The position numbers and the translations under genes are program-made. Positions 1-10,276 of a stretch of 64,000 nucleotides of DNA are shown here, piece after piece. Numbering within the stretch: position 1 is the stretch's first letter; each line of letters opens with the position of its first letter. Below the pieces are notes generated by a model, which saw only the letters and a program-made list of their open reading frames with translations, had not been told where the DNA came from and did not search any database. This DNA comes from Akkermansiaceae bacterium (lineage in GTDB: Bacteria > Verrucomicrobiota > Verrucomicrobiia > Verrucomicrobiales > Akkermansiaceae), in the NCBI GenBank assembly GCA_025362955.1, contig JANYFB010000273.1, positions 8,455 through 72,454 of the forward strand, written 5' to 3'.

Positions 1-2084
<2,084 letters not shown>

Positions 2085-2150
2085 TCAAAAGCAATTGCTC
2101 CGCCAAATTCGCGACGAAATACCTCAAAAAATCGCTCATGAATCGGCAAT

Positions 2151-2170
2151 GTGAATAACTTGGGGAAAAT
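2151..2170 (+). repeat. direct repeat copy 1: GTGAATAACTTGGGGAAAAT
   Basis: Read directly. Recurs with one G deleted at 2465..2483 in the same orientation. Confidence 0.8.
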
Positions 2171-2464
2171 GTCAGATACCGTTGATCGGGCGATCATCCC
2201 CGAAAACCACGCCAATCTGGAGCGATTACCACACTCGGATTACTGTGACGAAGTGTTAGAACATTATTCCCAATGTTGAGGGAGCTTCAAACGGATGTTT
2301 GATTTTTGAATCGTTATAAATCAACGAATTACGCGTTTATGCAGAACTTACTCCTACTTGTTGCCAAGTTACGCACAATCGGTTCGTCACATTCGAACTG
2401 TCGAATATATTTCCTTATCCGAAAAGGCTGATACTGGTAAACGAAAACAATTTAGGAAAAGCGG

Positions 2465-2483
2465 TGTGAATAACTTGGGAAAA
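2465..2483 (+). repeat. direct repeat copy 2: GTGAATAACTTGGGAAAAT
   Basis: Read directly. Partner of 2151..2170, and both lie in the icd / hypothetical-gene divergent intergenic region. Confidence 0.8.
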
Positions 2484-2719
2484 TCCCACTTCTTCGTATC
2501 GTTCTGACCGTGTTTTCAAGGCGTTCGGAAATATTTGTAAAAAAGGGTAGAACAGGGGATCAAGGAGTGATTGGCAAATCGACTTCGGTTTTAAGAATCG
2601 TTCGTAAAATCCTGCCCACTCTTTGCGCTTTACGCTTCGCCACGATCCCTTCAAACAGGAACTTCTGTTTCGCGAAAAAGCGCGGAACCAGATTTCAAAT
2701 CCATCCAAACCATCCCATC

Positions 2720-3151
2720 ATGGACATCCAAATTGCCACTCTTTGTGACTTTGCTGCCGACTACAATGGCAAGCTCGTCATCTCTGGAACCTTCGACACC
2801 CTTGCGGCTCGCGCCGTACCGGTCGTTCACCCTGCGTGCGCCCTTGCCATGCGTTTTTGCTTCACTCCCGAAGACGCCGGTCGCCATAAACTCTCCATCA
2901 ACATCATCAACGAGGACGGCGATTCGCTCGATCCTAACAACATGCCGATCGAGCCCGAGTTCGAGGTGCAGCTTCCGAAAAATGTTCCCTTCCTCACACG
3001 CAACATCGTGATGAATCTTCAAGGTCTGCGCTTCGAAGAGGACGGCATCTATTCCATCGATATTGGTTGCGACGGTGAAATGCTGGTGCGTCTCCCACTC
3101 CGCATCGTTCTCGTGACCCAAGGCACGAACGGCGAAACTCAGATGGCGTAA
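2720..3151 (+). CDS. hypothetical protein (~143 aa), no family recognised
   Basis: In-frame ATG at 2720 inside ORF 2510..3151. The protein reads MDIQIATLCDFAADYNGKLVISGTFDTL...GIYSIDIGCDGEMLVRLPLRIV, with globular beta-rich-looking composition. The upstream part of the ORF looks non-coding (low GC). Confidence 0.5.
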   Translation: MDIQIATLCDFAADYNGKLVISGTFDTLAARAVPVVHPACALAMRFCFTPEDAGRHKLSINIINEDGDSLDPNNMPIEPEFEVQLPKNVPFLTRNIVMNLQGLRFEEDGIYSIDIGCDGEMLVRLPLRIVLVTQGTNGETQMA

Positions 3152-3178
3152 TCCGGCGGCATGGTGTAACACAACGCC

Positions 3179-3982
3179 ATGCCTGAAACCAATTTGTATT
3201 CTTGTGCCCTCGTCACCGGTGCTTCCTCCGGCCTTGGCGAGGAGTTCGCCCTTCAAATCGCGCCACGGGTTTCTAAACTCATTCTCGTGGCGCGTCGCGA
3301 ATCCTTGCTGCAACAACTTGCGGACCGGATCCGCGCAAGGTTTCCTCGGGTCGCAGTCGCGGTTTTCGCGGTTGATTTGAATTCCCCTGCCGAGCGTGAT
3401 GGATTGGTGAAAACTCTCGGTGCCAAGGGATTCCAGCCAGACCTATTAGTTAACAACGCGGGCCTCGGCGATTACGGGGAATTTGCCTCGGCCGATTGGG
3501 AGAAAGTCCAGGCCATGTTGCGCGTCAACATTGAGGCGCTGACCCATCTCACGCACGCTCTAGTCCCGGAAATGATCAGGCGCGGTGGCGGCGCGGTGGT
3601 GAACGTCAGCTCGCTGGCCAGCGTGATTCCGATGCCGGATTTCGCGGTGTATGCGGCGACGAAGGCCTACGTGACGAGCTTTTCCGAGGCGCTCCGGCTT
3701 GAGCTGCGCGAGCATCACATTCCGGTGTTGGCGGTCTGTCCGGGGCCGGTTAGAACCGAGTTCGGAAGTGTTTCGCGGCGCTCGCCGGACTCGCCGGGGA
3801 TGCCTTCAAATAAATTATTCTACGTGCCCAAGGAACAGGTCGTAGCTGAATCATTGGCGGCTTTGGACCGGAATTCTGCGCGGGTTTATCCGGGTTTGAA
3901 AACGGCTGCGGCGGCCCTTTTGCTGACAGCCCTACCCATAGTACTAGTGCGGTTCGCGATGGGGTTCAGACTGCGGCGGTAG
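3179..3982 (+). CDS. short-chain dehydrogenase/reductase (classical SDR)
   Basis: TGASSGLG cofactor motif, NNAG, catalytic YAATKAY (YxxxK), and ~267 aa length. Confidence 0.85.
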   Translation: MPETNLYSCALVTGASSGLGEEFALQIAPRVSKLILVARRESLLQQLADRIRARFPRVAVAVFAVDLNSPAERDGLVKTLGAKGFQPDLLVNNAGLGDYGEFASADWEKVQAMLRVNIEALTHLTHALVPEMIRRGGGAVVNVSSLASVIPMPDFAVYAATKAYVTSFSEALRLELREHHIPVLAVCPGPVRTEFGSVSRRSPDSPGMPSNKLFYVPKEQVVAESLAALDRNSARVYPGLKTAAAALLLTALPIVLVRFAMGFRLRR

Positions 3983-4268
3983 TTATACCTTCCCGCTTAT
4001 TTCGTGACGGTTCTTCCTCCCGACTAAGTCAGTTGTAATGCGCTGATTTTCAATGAGCAGTATTTCACACGATAGATGCCCGGATTCACCATTGAACGGC
4101 GTGACTTACTCCGATTTCCACATCCAAGTCCTGCGCGGGGTTCGAGGCTAAAAAGAAAAATGACGAAGATGTCACCGACCAACTTAACTACTGATTTAAC
4201 TGAAAAAATTGGAGGGAGTTTAATTTTCTAAATTCATTCCATAATTCCATTCCCTTTGGATCATACTC

Positions 4269-4304
4269 TATCCTCTTCATCTGCGTTTATCCTGTTCATC
4301 TGCG
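4269..4304 (+). repeat. tandem direct repeat, 2 x 17 nt TATCCT(C/G)TTCATCTGCG, period 19 bp
   Basis: Read directly: 4269..4285 and 4288..4304 differ at one position. The repeat lies in an AT-rich block between convergent genes. Confidence 0.8.
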
Positions 4305-4415
4305 GTTAAGAAATCCGAAAACTAGGGGGTTTCGCAGGTATGACTCTGAATTCTTTGGGGAGCCAATAGTTTTAGGTGCCCTCGCCGAAAATAGCGTCGA
4401 TTCTCGTGCTACTCA

Positions 4416-4465
4416 TGTCATTGGCGGGGGAGCCAATGACAACACGCGAGGCGCGTGTGCTCCCC
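4416..4465 (-). terminator. cluster of GC-rich hairpins downstream of gltA (possible terminator / structured 3' UTR)
   Basis: Hairpin A is TGTCATTGGC-GGGGGA-GCCAATGACA (4416..4441). Hairpin B is ACACGCG-AGG-CGCGTGT (4442..4458). An alternative stem pairs GGGGAGC (4427..4433) with GCTCCCC (4459..4465) and is mutually exclusive with hairpin A. No U-tract follows on the minus strand, so it is not a canonical intrinsic terminator. Confidence 0.35.
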
Positions 4466-4515
4466 TCCAAGAATGCATCCAACAACCTCTTGAATCGTTG
4501 CCTCATTCCTAAAAC

Positions 4516-5835
4516 TTAGACGCGTTCACTCATCGACTTGTAGCTCCGCAGGGTTTCCCCGGTGTAGATCTGGCGGGGGCGGTTGATCCGGCTGTCGGGA
4601 TCGTCCATGACTTCCTTATAATTTGCGACCCAGCCGGGCATCCGGCCAATCGCAAACAGGACGGTGAACATATTCATCGGGATGCCGATGGCACGCATGA
4701 TGATGCCGCTGTAAAAATCGACATTCGGATAGAGTTTGCGGGAGACGAAGTATTCATCGTTTAGGGCGACTTCTTCTAACTTCTTGGCGATGTCGAGCAG
4801 GGGATCGGAAACGTGAAGCTGGCTAAGAACTTTGTCGCACTGTTCCTTGATGATGACAGCACGCGGATCAAAGCTCTTGTAAACCCGATGGCCGAAGCCC
4901 ATCAGGCGGCGGTTGCCTACCTTGTTTTTCACCTGGTCGAGAAATTTGCTGCCGTCATCGCCATCCTTGTGAATCACCTCTAACATTTCGAGGACCGCTT
5001 GGTTCGCGCCGCCGTGGAGCGGACCCCAGAGCGCGCAGACACCGGCGGAGGCAGAGGCGAAAACATTGGCTTGGCTGGAGGCGACCATGCGGACGGTGGA
5101 AGTGGAGCAATTTTGCTCGTGATCGGCATGGAGGAGGAAAATGAGATCCAGCGCTCTAACGACTTCCGGGTTCATTTCGTAGTCTTCGCCCGGCAGCGAA
5201 AACATCATGTGGAGAAAATTCTCGGTGTATTTCAGGTTTGTCCTAGGATAGCTGGGTGGCAGTCCGGCGGCTTTCCGATAGGAACAAGTGGCGATGGTGC
5301 GCGTCTGGGAAATGAGCCGCGCCGCATGAATCGGAAACGCTTCTTTCAGCGTCTTATAGCGGGTCTTCATGCTCGGATAGGCGGACGACGCGTGGATCAT
5401 CGCCGAAAGGATCGACATCGGATGGGCCTTCGGGGGAAACGCGCCGAAGTGATGCTGCATGTCCTGATGGAGCATCTGATTTTCAGTCAGCAGGGCGGAA
5501 AAGCCAGCAAGTTCTGGAGCAGTGGGCAACTCGCCGTAGATGAGAAGGTAAGCGGTCTCGATGAAGGTGCTTTTTTTCGCGAGCTCGGCGATGTCGTAGC
5601 CGCGGTATTGGAGGATGCCTTTCTCTCCGTCGATGAAGGTGATGGCGCTTTTGCAGGCACCGGTATTTCCGTATCCGGGATCGAGCGTGATGCAGCCGGT
5701 CTTGGCGCGGAGCGAGCTGATGTCGATGCCAACCTCGTTCTCAGTTCCTACAATGGTGGGCAGCTCGAGATGCTTGCCGTCGATGATCAATTCCGCTGTT
5801 CCGTTCATGCGAGGAAGTTTTAATCCGCTCTGCAT
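4516..5835 (-). CDS. gltA: citrate synthase
   Basis: 439 aa with LHADHEQNCSTST, GPLHGGAN and GFGHRVYK motifs typical of type II citrate synthase. Confidence 0.95.
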   Translation of the reverse strand: MQSGLKLPRMNGTAELIIDGKHLELPTIVGTENEVGIDISSLRAKTGCITLDPGYGNTGACKSAITFIDGEKGILQYRGYDIAELAKKSTFIETAYLLIYGELPTAPELAGFSALLTENQMLHQDMQHHFGAFPPKAHPMSILSAMIHASSAYPSMKTRYKTLKEAFPIHAARLISQTRTIATCSYRKAAGLPPSYPRTNLKYTENFLHMMFSLPGEDYEMNPEVVRALDLIFLLHADHEQNCSTSTVRMVASSQANVFASASAGVCALWGPLHGGANQAVLEMLEVIHKDGDDGSKFLDQVKNKVGNRRLMGFGHRVYKSFDPRAVIIKEQCDKVLSQLHVSDPLLDIAKKLEEVALNDEYFVSRKLYPNVDFYSGIIMRAIGIPMNMFTVLFAIGRMPGWVANYKEVMDDPDSRINRPRQIYTGETLRSYKSMSERV

Positions 5836-5874
5836 GAATTATGCCAGCTTCCATTGCAGCGATTTTTCGCCCGT

Positions 5875-6945
5875 TCATTCACCCGCATCTGGATAAGAGC
5901 CGAGCAGTTTGACGAGCGAGCAATGGTTGCCGAGTTCTGCGAGGGCCTCTGAAACTTTCACGTCCTCGCAGTGGCCGGCGAGATCGACGTAGAAAATATA
6001 CTCCCAGTCCTTGCGCTTGGACGGGCGGGACTCGATTTTCGACAGGTTGATGTGAAATTGGTCGAAGGCTTGAAGTGCTTTCACCAACGAGCCAGGCCGG
6101 TCGTGGATGGCAAAAAGGATGGAAGTCCGGTCGTTACCGGTCGGCGGGCAGGGTTTTTCGCCGATGACGAGGAAACGGGTGGTGTTAGTGGCGCGGTCTT
6201 GGATGGATTCCTCCAGCAAGGTCAGCCCATACATTTCCGCTGCGAGCGGGCCACCGAGGGCCGCTGCTCCCTGAGCCGCTTGATCGCGGGCAATCTGCGC
6301 GGCCTTGGTGGTGGAGGAAACTTCGACGAGGTCCGCTGCCGGAAAATTTCTCAGAATCCAAGCCCGGCATTGCCCGAAAACCTGCGGATGCGAGTAGAGC
6401 GTCCTGATTTGCTCGCGCGGAATTGAGGCCATCAGACCGTTTTCGATGCGGAGTAAAATTTGCGCGCAGATATGCAGCGGAGAGTCCACGAATAAATCGA
6501 GCGTATGGGAGACGGCACCTTCCGTGGAGTTTTCGATCGGCACGACCCCGTAGCTCGCGGTCCGCCGGGCGACTTGGTCGAAGACATCGGAAAAATTCGG
6601 CTGTGCGGAATAGTTCACCGAGTGGCCAAATTTCTTGATCGCCGCCTGATGCGTCCAGGTTCCTTCCGGGCCCAGATAGGCGATGGTTAGATCGTCCTCC
6701 AGCGCGAGAGCTGCGGACATGATTTCTCGATAGATCGCCCGGATCGACTTTTCCGGCAAGCGGCCTTGGTTCATTTCAATGAGGCGCCGCAGCAGCGCTT
6801 CCTCACGCTCAGGCGCGTAAATTTGCAGGCCGTCGCGCTTTTTCACCAAGCCCACCTCATGGACAAGTTCCGCACGGCGGGAAAGCAGGTCCAACAGGTC
6901 GTGATCGATGCTGTCGATTTGGCTGCGGATGTCGTCGAGATTCAC
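5875..6945 (-). CDS. pheA: bifunctional chorismate mutase / prephenate dehydratase (P-protein)
   Basis: N-terminal chorismate mutase helix (IRSQIDSIDHDLLDLLSRRAELV), PDT domain (IAYLGPEGTWTHQAA, TRF), and a C-terminal ACT domain with ESRPS. Confidence 0.9.
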   Translation of the reverse strand: MNLDDIRSQIDSIDHDLLDLLSRRAELVHEVGLVKKRDGLQIYAPEREEALLRRLIEMNQGRLPEKSIRAIYREIMSAALALEDDLTIAYLGPEGTWTHQAAIKKFGHSVNYSAQPNFSDVFDQVARRTASYGVVPIENSTEGAVSHTLDLFVDSPLHICAQILLRIENGLMASIPREQIRTLYSHPQVFGQCRAWILRNFPAADLVEVSSTTKAAQIARDQAAQGAAALGGPLAAEMYGLTLLEESIQDRATNTTRFLVIGEKPCPPTGNDRTSILFAIHDRPGSLVKALQAFDQFHINLSKIESRPSKRKDWEYIFYVDLAGHCEDVKVSEALAELGNHCSLVKLLGSYPDAGE

Positions 6946-6962
6946 GGAAAACGGGATGGATG

Positions 6963-7688
6963 TTAGGATTCGTCTGAGGATTCATCCGCCGCAGCCGCTG
7001 CGGGAATCCCGGTCGTGCCCAAGGCGAGTTGTAGCTCGGGATCACCGACGGGAGCCGCGTTGTCCTTGGCTTCTGGCAGTTTCACTTTGCGGAGTTCCGT
7101 GGCGTTCGGCAGGTCATCAATGGAGCGGATGCCGAAGTGCTCGAAGAAAAGATCGGTCGTTTCATAAAGCAGCGGGCGTCCCGGAAGTTCCGCCCGGCCA
7201 CCGATGCGGATCAGATCGCGGTCGAGCAGTTTTTGAATCATCCCGTCGCAGGCCACACCACGCACGGCCTCGATGGCGGCCTTGGTGATCGGCTGCCGGT
7301 AAGCGATGATGGCCAGCGTTTCCATCGCCGGGCCGCTCATCCGCTCGGGCTTGCGTCCAGGGAAAAGCTGGCGGACGAAATCGCCGTATTCGATGCGCGT
7401 GTAAAGCTTCCAGCCCTTCGGACGCTCGATGAGGGTGAACGCGCGACTACTATCCTGATAGGTCCGATTCAGTTCTCCGATGGCCTCCGCAACTTGCACC
7501 GACGACGTAGCCGCCAGCGCCATCAGCCAATCTGGGAGAACGGGAGCTTCCTTCCCCTCCTCCGTTTCTCGGACTCTCAGATCGTCTGCTTCCGCGACGC
7601 GGGCACGAACCAGTCTCGCAATTTCCTCCGTGGTGAGAGGATTTTGAGAGGCGATGAGAAGTGCTTCGACAATGGCGCTGAGCTGCAT
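6963..7688 (-). CDS. scpB: segregation and condensation protein B
   Basis: IVEALLIASQNPLT..., ETLAIIAYRQPITKAAIEAVRGV and GRPLLYETTDLFFEHFG match ScpB. I prefer the MQLSAIVEAL start at 7688 over the ORF-track start at 7754. Confidence 0.85.
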   Translation of the reverse strand: MQLSAIVEALLIASQNPLTTEEIARLVRARVAEADDLRVRETEEGKEAPVLPDWLMALAATSSVQVAEAIGELNRTYQDSSRAFTLIERPKGWKLYTRIEYGDFVRQLFPGRKPERMSGPAMETLAIIAYRQPITKAAIEAVRGVACDGMIQKLLDRDLIRIGGRAELPGRPLLYETTDLFFEHFGIRSIDDLPNATELRKVKLPEAKDNAAPVGDPELQLALGTTGIPAAAAADESSDES

Positions 7689-7891
7689 GGCGGGGCCGCA
7701 CTCTATTGATCCGCGAGGGCATTTCAAGCCTCCTGCGGAAAACCTTCGAATCACTTATTTTCCAAACCGTTAACTTTCCGCTTGATGGACCTAGGTTCAC
7801 GGGCTAACCCACCGCGCTCGTCACGCTCCCGGGAATTCATCCGGGGTCGTGCAGGGAAAGTTTTCATCACCCGTATCCTCATCTCTGCGCC

Positions 7892-8917
7892 ATGGCCGCG
7901 AAGAAAAACACCACAAAACCCGCTCCCGCCAAGGGGGCCGCCAAGCCCGTCGTGAAACCCTCGAAGCCTGCCCCGGCGGCGAAAAAACCTGCCGCAAAAG
8001 CCGGGAAAAAGCCGACCCCGGTTAAAGCAACGCCCGCGAAAAAGCCGGTCTCTGCGAAAAAAACCGCGCCCGCGAAAAAACCTGCTCCCGCGAAGAAACC
8101 CGCTCCCGCGAAAAAGGCACCGCCGCTCAAGAAGGCCATCGTCGAGAAGCCGGTGAAGAAGGCTTCCCCACCGGTGAAGCCCGTTGAAAAAGCGCCCGCG
8201 AAGAAGCCCGTTGCAATTGCTCCGGTCAAAGCCGAGGCGCCGCAAAAGCCCGTCATAGCCGCGCCAGTCAAGGCCGAAGTCCCACAAAAGACGACCCCAC
8301 CAGCGAAAAAAATCCCCGCTGTCAAACCCCGCTCCTCGGTGGTTGACTTTCCCGCCCCTCCCGCACCCATCAAACCGCCCTTTGTTCCACCCAAGGCAGC
8401 CCCGAGCCCCTCGGGCGATCCCGTGGCTCCCGGCAGCAATGGCACCCACAGTCCTGCCTTCGTCCAGAAGCAACGCCAGCGCCTCCTCGATCTCCGCGAC
8501 GACCTCGTCGATGCGGTTTCCGGGATGGCCCGCGACACCATCCGCAATGCACCCGAGGGTTCCGAAGCATCGGGCAGCGGCCAGCATCAAGGCGACGCAG
8601 GCAGCGATGCCTACGACCGCGACTTCGCTCTTTCCGTCCTCGCGAAAGAACAGGACGCACTCTATGAAATCGAGCAAGCCCTCCGCCGCATTCAATCCGG
8701 CTCCTACGGCATTTGCGAAATGTCCGCCCGGAAAATTCCACAGGCCCGTCTCGAAGCCATTCCATTCGCCCGTCTAACGGTCGAATGCCAAGCCCAGTGG
8801 GAGAAGGAATACGGCAACCGCCGCTTCCGTCCGTCCAATGAAGTCGGCTTCAGCGGCGGAAAATATGTCGATGATGAAGAAACCGAAACAGTTTCTCTTG
8901 ACGAAGACGACGATTAA
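7892..8917 (+). CDS. DksA/TraR-family protein with long Lys/Pro/Ala-rich (histone H1-like) N-terminal tail
   Basis: Residues ~1-170 are [10 protein letters not shown]-type repeats. The C-terminus reads [46 protein letters not shown], the DksA/TraR coiled-coil plus finger. Only 2 of the 4 usual Cys are present (CxxS ... TxxC). Confidence 0.7.
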   Translation: MAAKKNTTKPAPAKGAAKPVVKPSKPAPAAKKPAAKAGKKPTPVKATPAKKPVSAKKTAPAKKPAPAKKPAPAKKAPPLKKAIVEKPVKKASPPVKPVEKAPAKKPVAIAPVKAEAPQKPVIAAPVKAEVPQKTTPPAKKIPAVKPRSSVVDFPAPPAPIKPPFVPPKAAPSPSGDPVAPGSNGTHSPAFVQKQRQRLLDLRDDLVDAVSGMARDTIRNAPEGSEASGSGQHQGDAGSDAYDRDFALSVLAKEQDALYEIEQALRRIQSGSYGICEMSARKIPQARLEAIPFARLTVECQAQWEKEYGNRRFRPSNEVGFSGGKYVDDEETETVSLDEDDD

Positions 8918-8940
8918 AGCATCCTCCCGCCCCCAAAGTC

Positions 8941-9114
8941 ATGCCACGCGAGATTATTATTCTAGAATGCACCGAAGCGAAAGCTGAGGGCAAGCCGACT
9001 TCCCGTTACGTCACCACGCGTAACAAGAAGAGCCTCCGCACGCCAGGTCGTCTGGAGAAAGTGAAATTCAATCACTTCCTCAAGCGCCGCACCCTTCACC
9101 GCGAACTCCGCTAA
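8941..9114 (+). CDS. rpmG: 50S ribosomal protein L33
   Basis: 57-aa ORF, below the track cutoff, translated by hand: [57 protein letters not shown]. It has a single Cys and is therefore the Cys-less (C-) form. Confidence 0.9.
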   Translation: MPREIIILECTEAKAEGKPTSRYVTTRNKKSLRTPGRLEKVKFNHFLKRRTLHRELR

Positions 9115-9132
9115 CACGCGCCACCCATTCCC

Positions 9133-9375
9133 ATGTCCGAGCCAAAAACAATCCAGCGCCGTATCAATTTCCGCAAGGCGAACCGCAAGATGACGCGCCG
9201 TCGGCACGACATTCCTGCCGATCAAGTCGTCGCGACCAATCCCGAGCTTCTCACCAAGTTCACCACTGAAACCGGGAAAATTCTCCCTCGCCGCGTCACC
9301 GGCGTTTCCGCCAAGTTGCATCGCAAGATCAACAATGCGATCAAACAATCCCGCGCGATCTGCCTGCTGCCCTAA
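9133..9375 (+). CDS. rpsR: 30S ribosomal protein S18
   Basis: [42 protein letters not shown] is the conserved S18 core. Confidence 0.9.
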   Translation: MSEPKTIQRRINFRKANRKMTRRRHDIPADQVVATNPELLTKFTTETGKILPRRVTGVSAKLHRKINNAIKQSRAICLLP

Positions 9376-9400
9376 CTGATAGCAAAATTCTTTTTCCCGA

Positions 9401-9440
9401 AGAGCCGGCCCGTGAAAACGGTCCGGCTCTTTGTTTTTTC
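9401..9440 (+). terminator. rho-independent terminator after rpsR
   Basis: AGAGCCGG.CCG-TGAAAA-CGG.CCGGCTCT stem (8 bp + 3 bp with one mismatch), followed by TTGTTTTTTCC. Confidence 0.7.
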
Positions 9441-9527
9441 CGCAGCTCCGCCGGAAATTCTTCCAGAACTTTTACCTTGGTGCCATCCGTTTGACTTTCT
9501 ACATTTCGCCCGGCGCAAGCCGCTACC

Positions 9528-9794
9528 ATGGCCAAAAAAGACTTCACCATCCTCAACAAGCTCGGCATTCACGCCCGCCCCGCCGCGCAGTTCGTCAAAA
9601 CGGCCAATCGCTTTCAGGCGGACATCTTTGTGGAAAAGGACGGCGAGGAAGTGGACGGAAAAAGCATCATGGGTCTCATGATGTTAGCCGCAGGCCATGG
9701 CTCGGTCATCTCCGTCAGCGTGGACGGCCCGGATGCCGATGCCGCGCTCGAAGCGATCGCCGACCTGATCGCCCGCAAGTTTGAGGAAGATTGA
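9528..9794 (+). CDS. ptsH: phosphocarrier protein HPr
   Basis: 88 aa with the His15 site GIHARPA and the Ser46 regulatory site GKSIMGLM. Confidence 0.9.
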   Translation: MAKKDFTILNKLGIHARPAAQFVKTANRFQADIFVEKDGEEVDGKSIMGLMMLAAGHGSVISVSVDGPDADAALEAIADLIARKFEED

Positions 9795-9836
9795 ATGGAC
9801 TGCGGAATTTGTCCGCCTCCGCCCTGACCGCCAAAT

Positions 9837-10247
9837 TCATTCCGCAGGGCTGGCCCGTTCAACGATCTCCATACAACCCCACCCATCCGCTCTCCCATCG
9901 AACCGGGCGGCTATTGCGTCCAAGCTCAGTTCGATCGCCGAAATCTCATCAAGCACCGGCACCATCCGAACGTGTACCGCTGTCAGCCAGGCGTTCTCCT
10001 CTTGGCAGAAATCGTGATCCGCCTTGGAATAACCCTGCGCGCGCACAGATTCCAGAAAAGCGACGGCGTCCTCCGCCCTTGCGAACAGATGATGGAAGTC
10101 GAGATCGTGCGGGGCGGTTAGCTTGTCGCCGGCCTCAGCCATGCGCAGTAGCACGCCCGCATTTTCCTCAGCAGGAATGTCTGGACCGTCCGGGTCAAGA
10201 ATGCGCTTGAGCCAATTCAAATGCTTTTTCACGCGATTAAGATGCAA
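9837..10247 (-). CDS. RraB-like (regulator of ribonuclease activity B family) protein
   Basis: 136 aa. The pattern HDLDFHHLF...AFLESVRAQGY...DGWGC resembles the RraB/DUF695-type fold. Assigned from memory of the family only. Confidence 0.5.
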   Translation of the reverse strand: MHLNRVKKHLNWLKRILDPDGPDIPAEENAGVLLRMAEAGDKLTAPHDLDFHHLFARAEDAVAFLESVRAQGYSKADHDFCQEENAWLTAVHVRMVPVLDEISAIELSLDAIAARFDGRADGWGCMEIVERASPAE

Positions 10248-10276
10248 GGAATCGTTCGTCGCGTCAAGGCGCGGTT

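Noticed and set aside
4130-4150. GGGGTTCGAGGC resembling a tRNA T-loop.
   Set aside because: No complementary T-stem, acceptor stem or anticodon arm can be drawn around it.
4999-5823. 274-aa + strand ORF.
   Set aside because: It is antisense to citrate synthase.
7900-8300. Periodic short DNA repeats that could be mistaken for a CRISPR or tandem-repeat array.
   Set aside because: They encode the in-frame [10 protein letters not shown] low-complexity tail. There is no repeat-spacer organisation and no cas genes.
7751-8695. 314-aa and 222-aa minus-strand ORFs with RGR/GFF low-complexity repeats.
   Set aside because: These are antisense to the KPA-repeat region of the DksA-like gene. The repetitive GC-rich sequence keeps several frames open, and the sense frame ends in a recognisable DksA/TraR domain.
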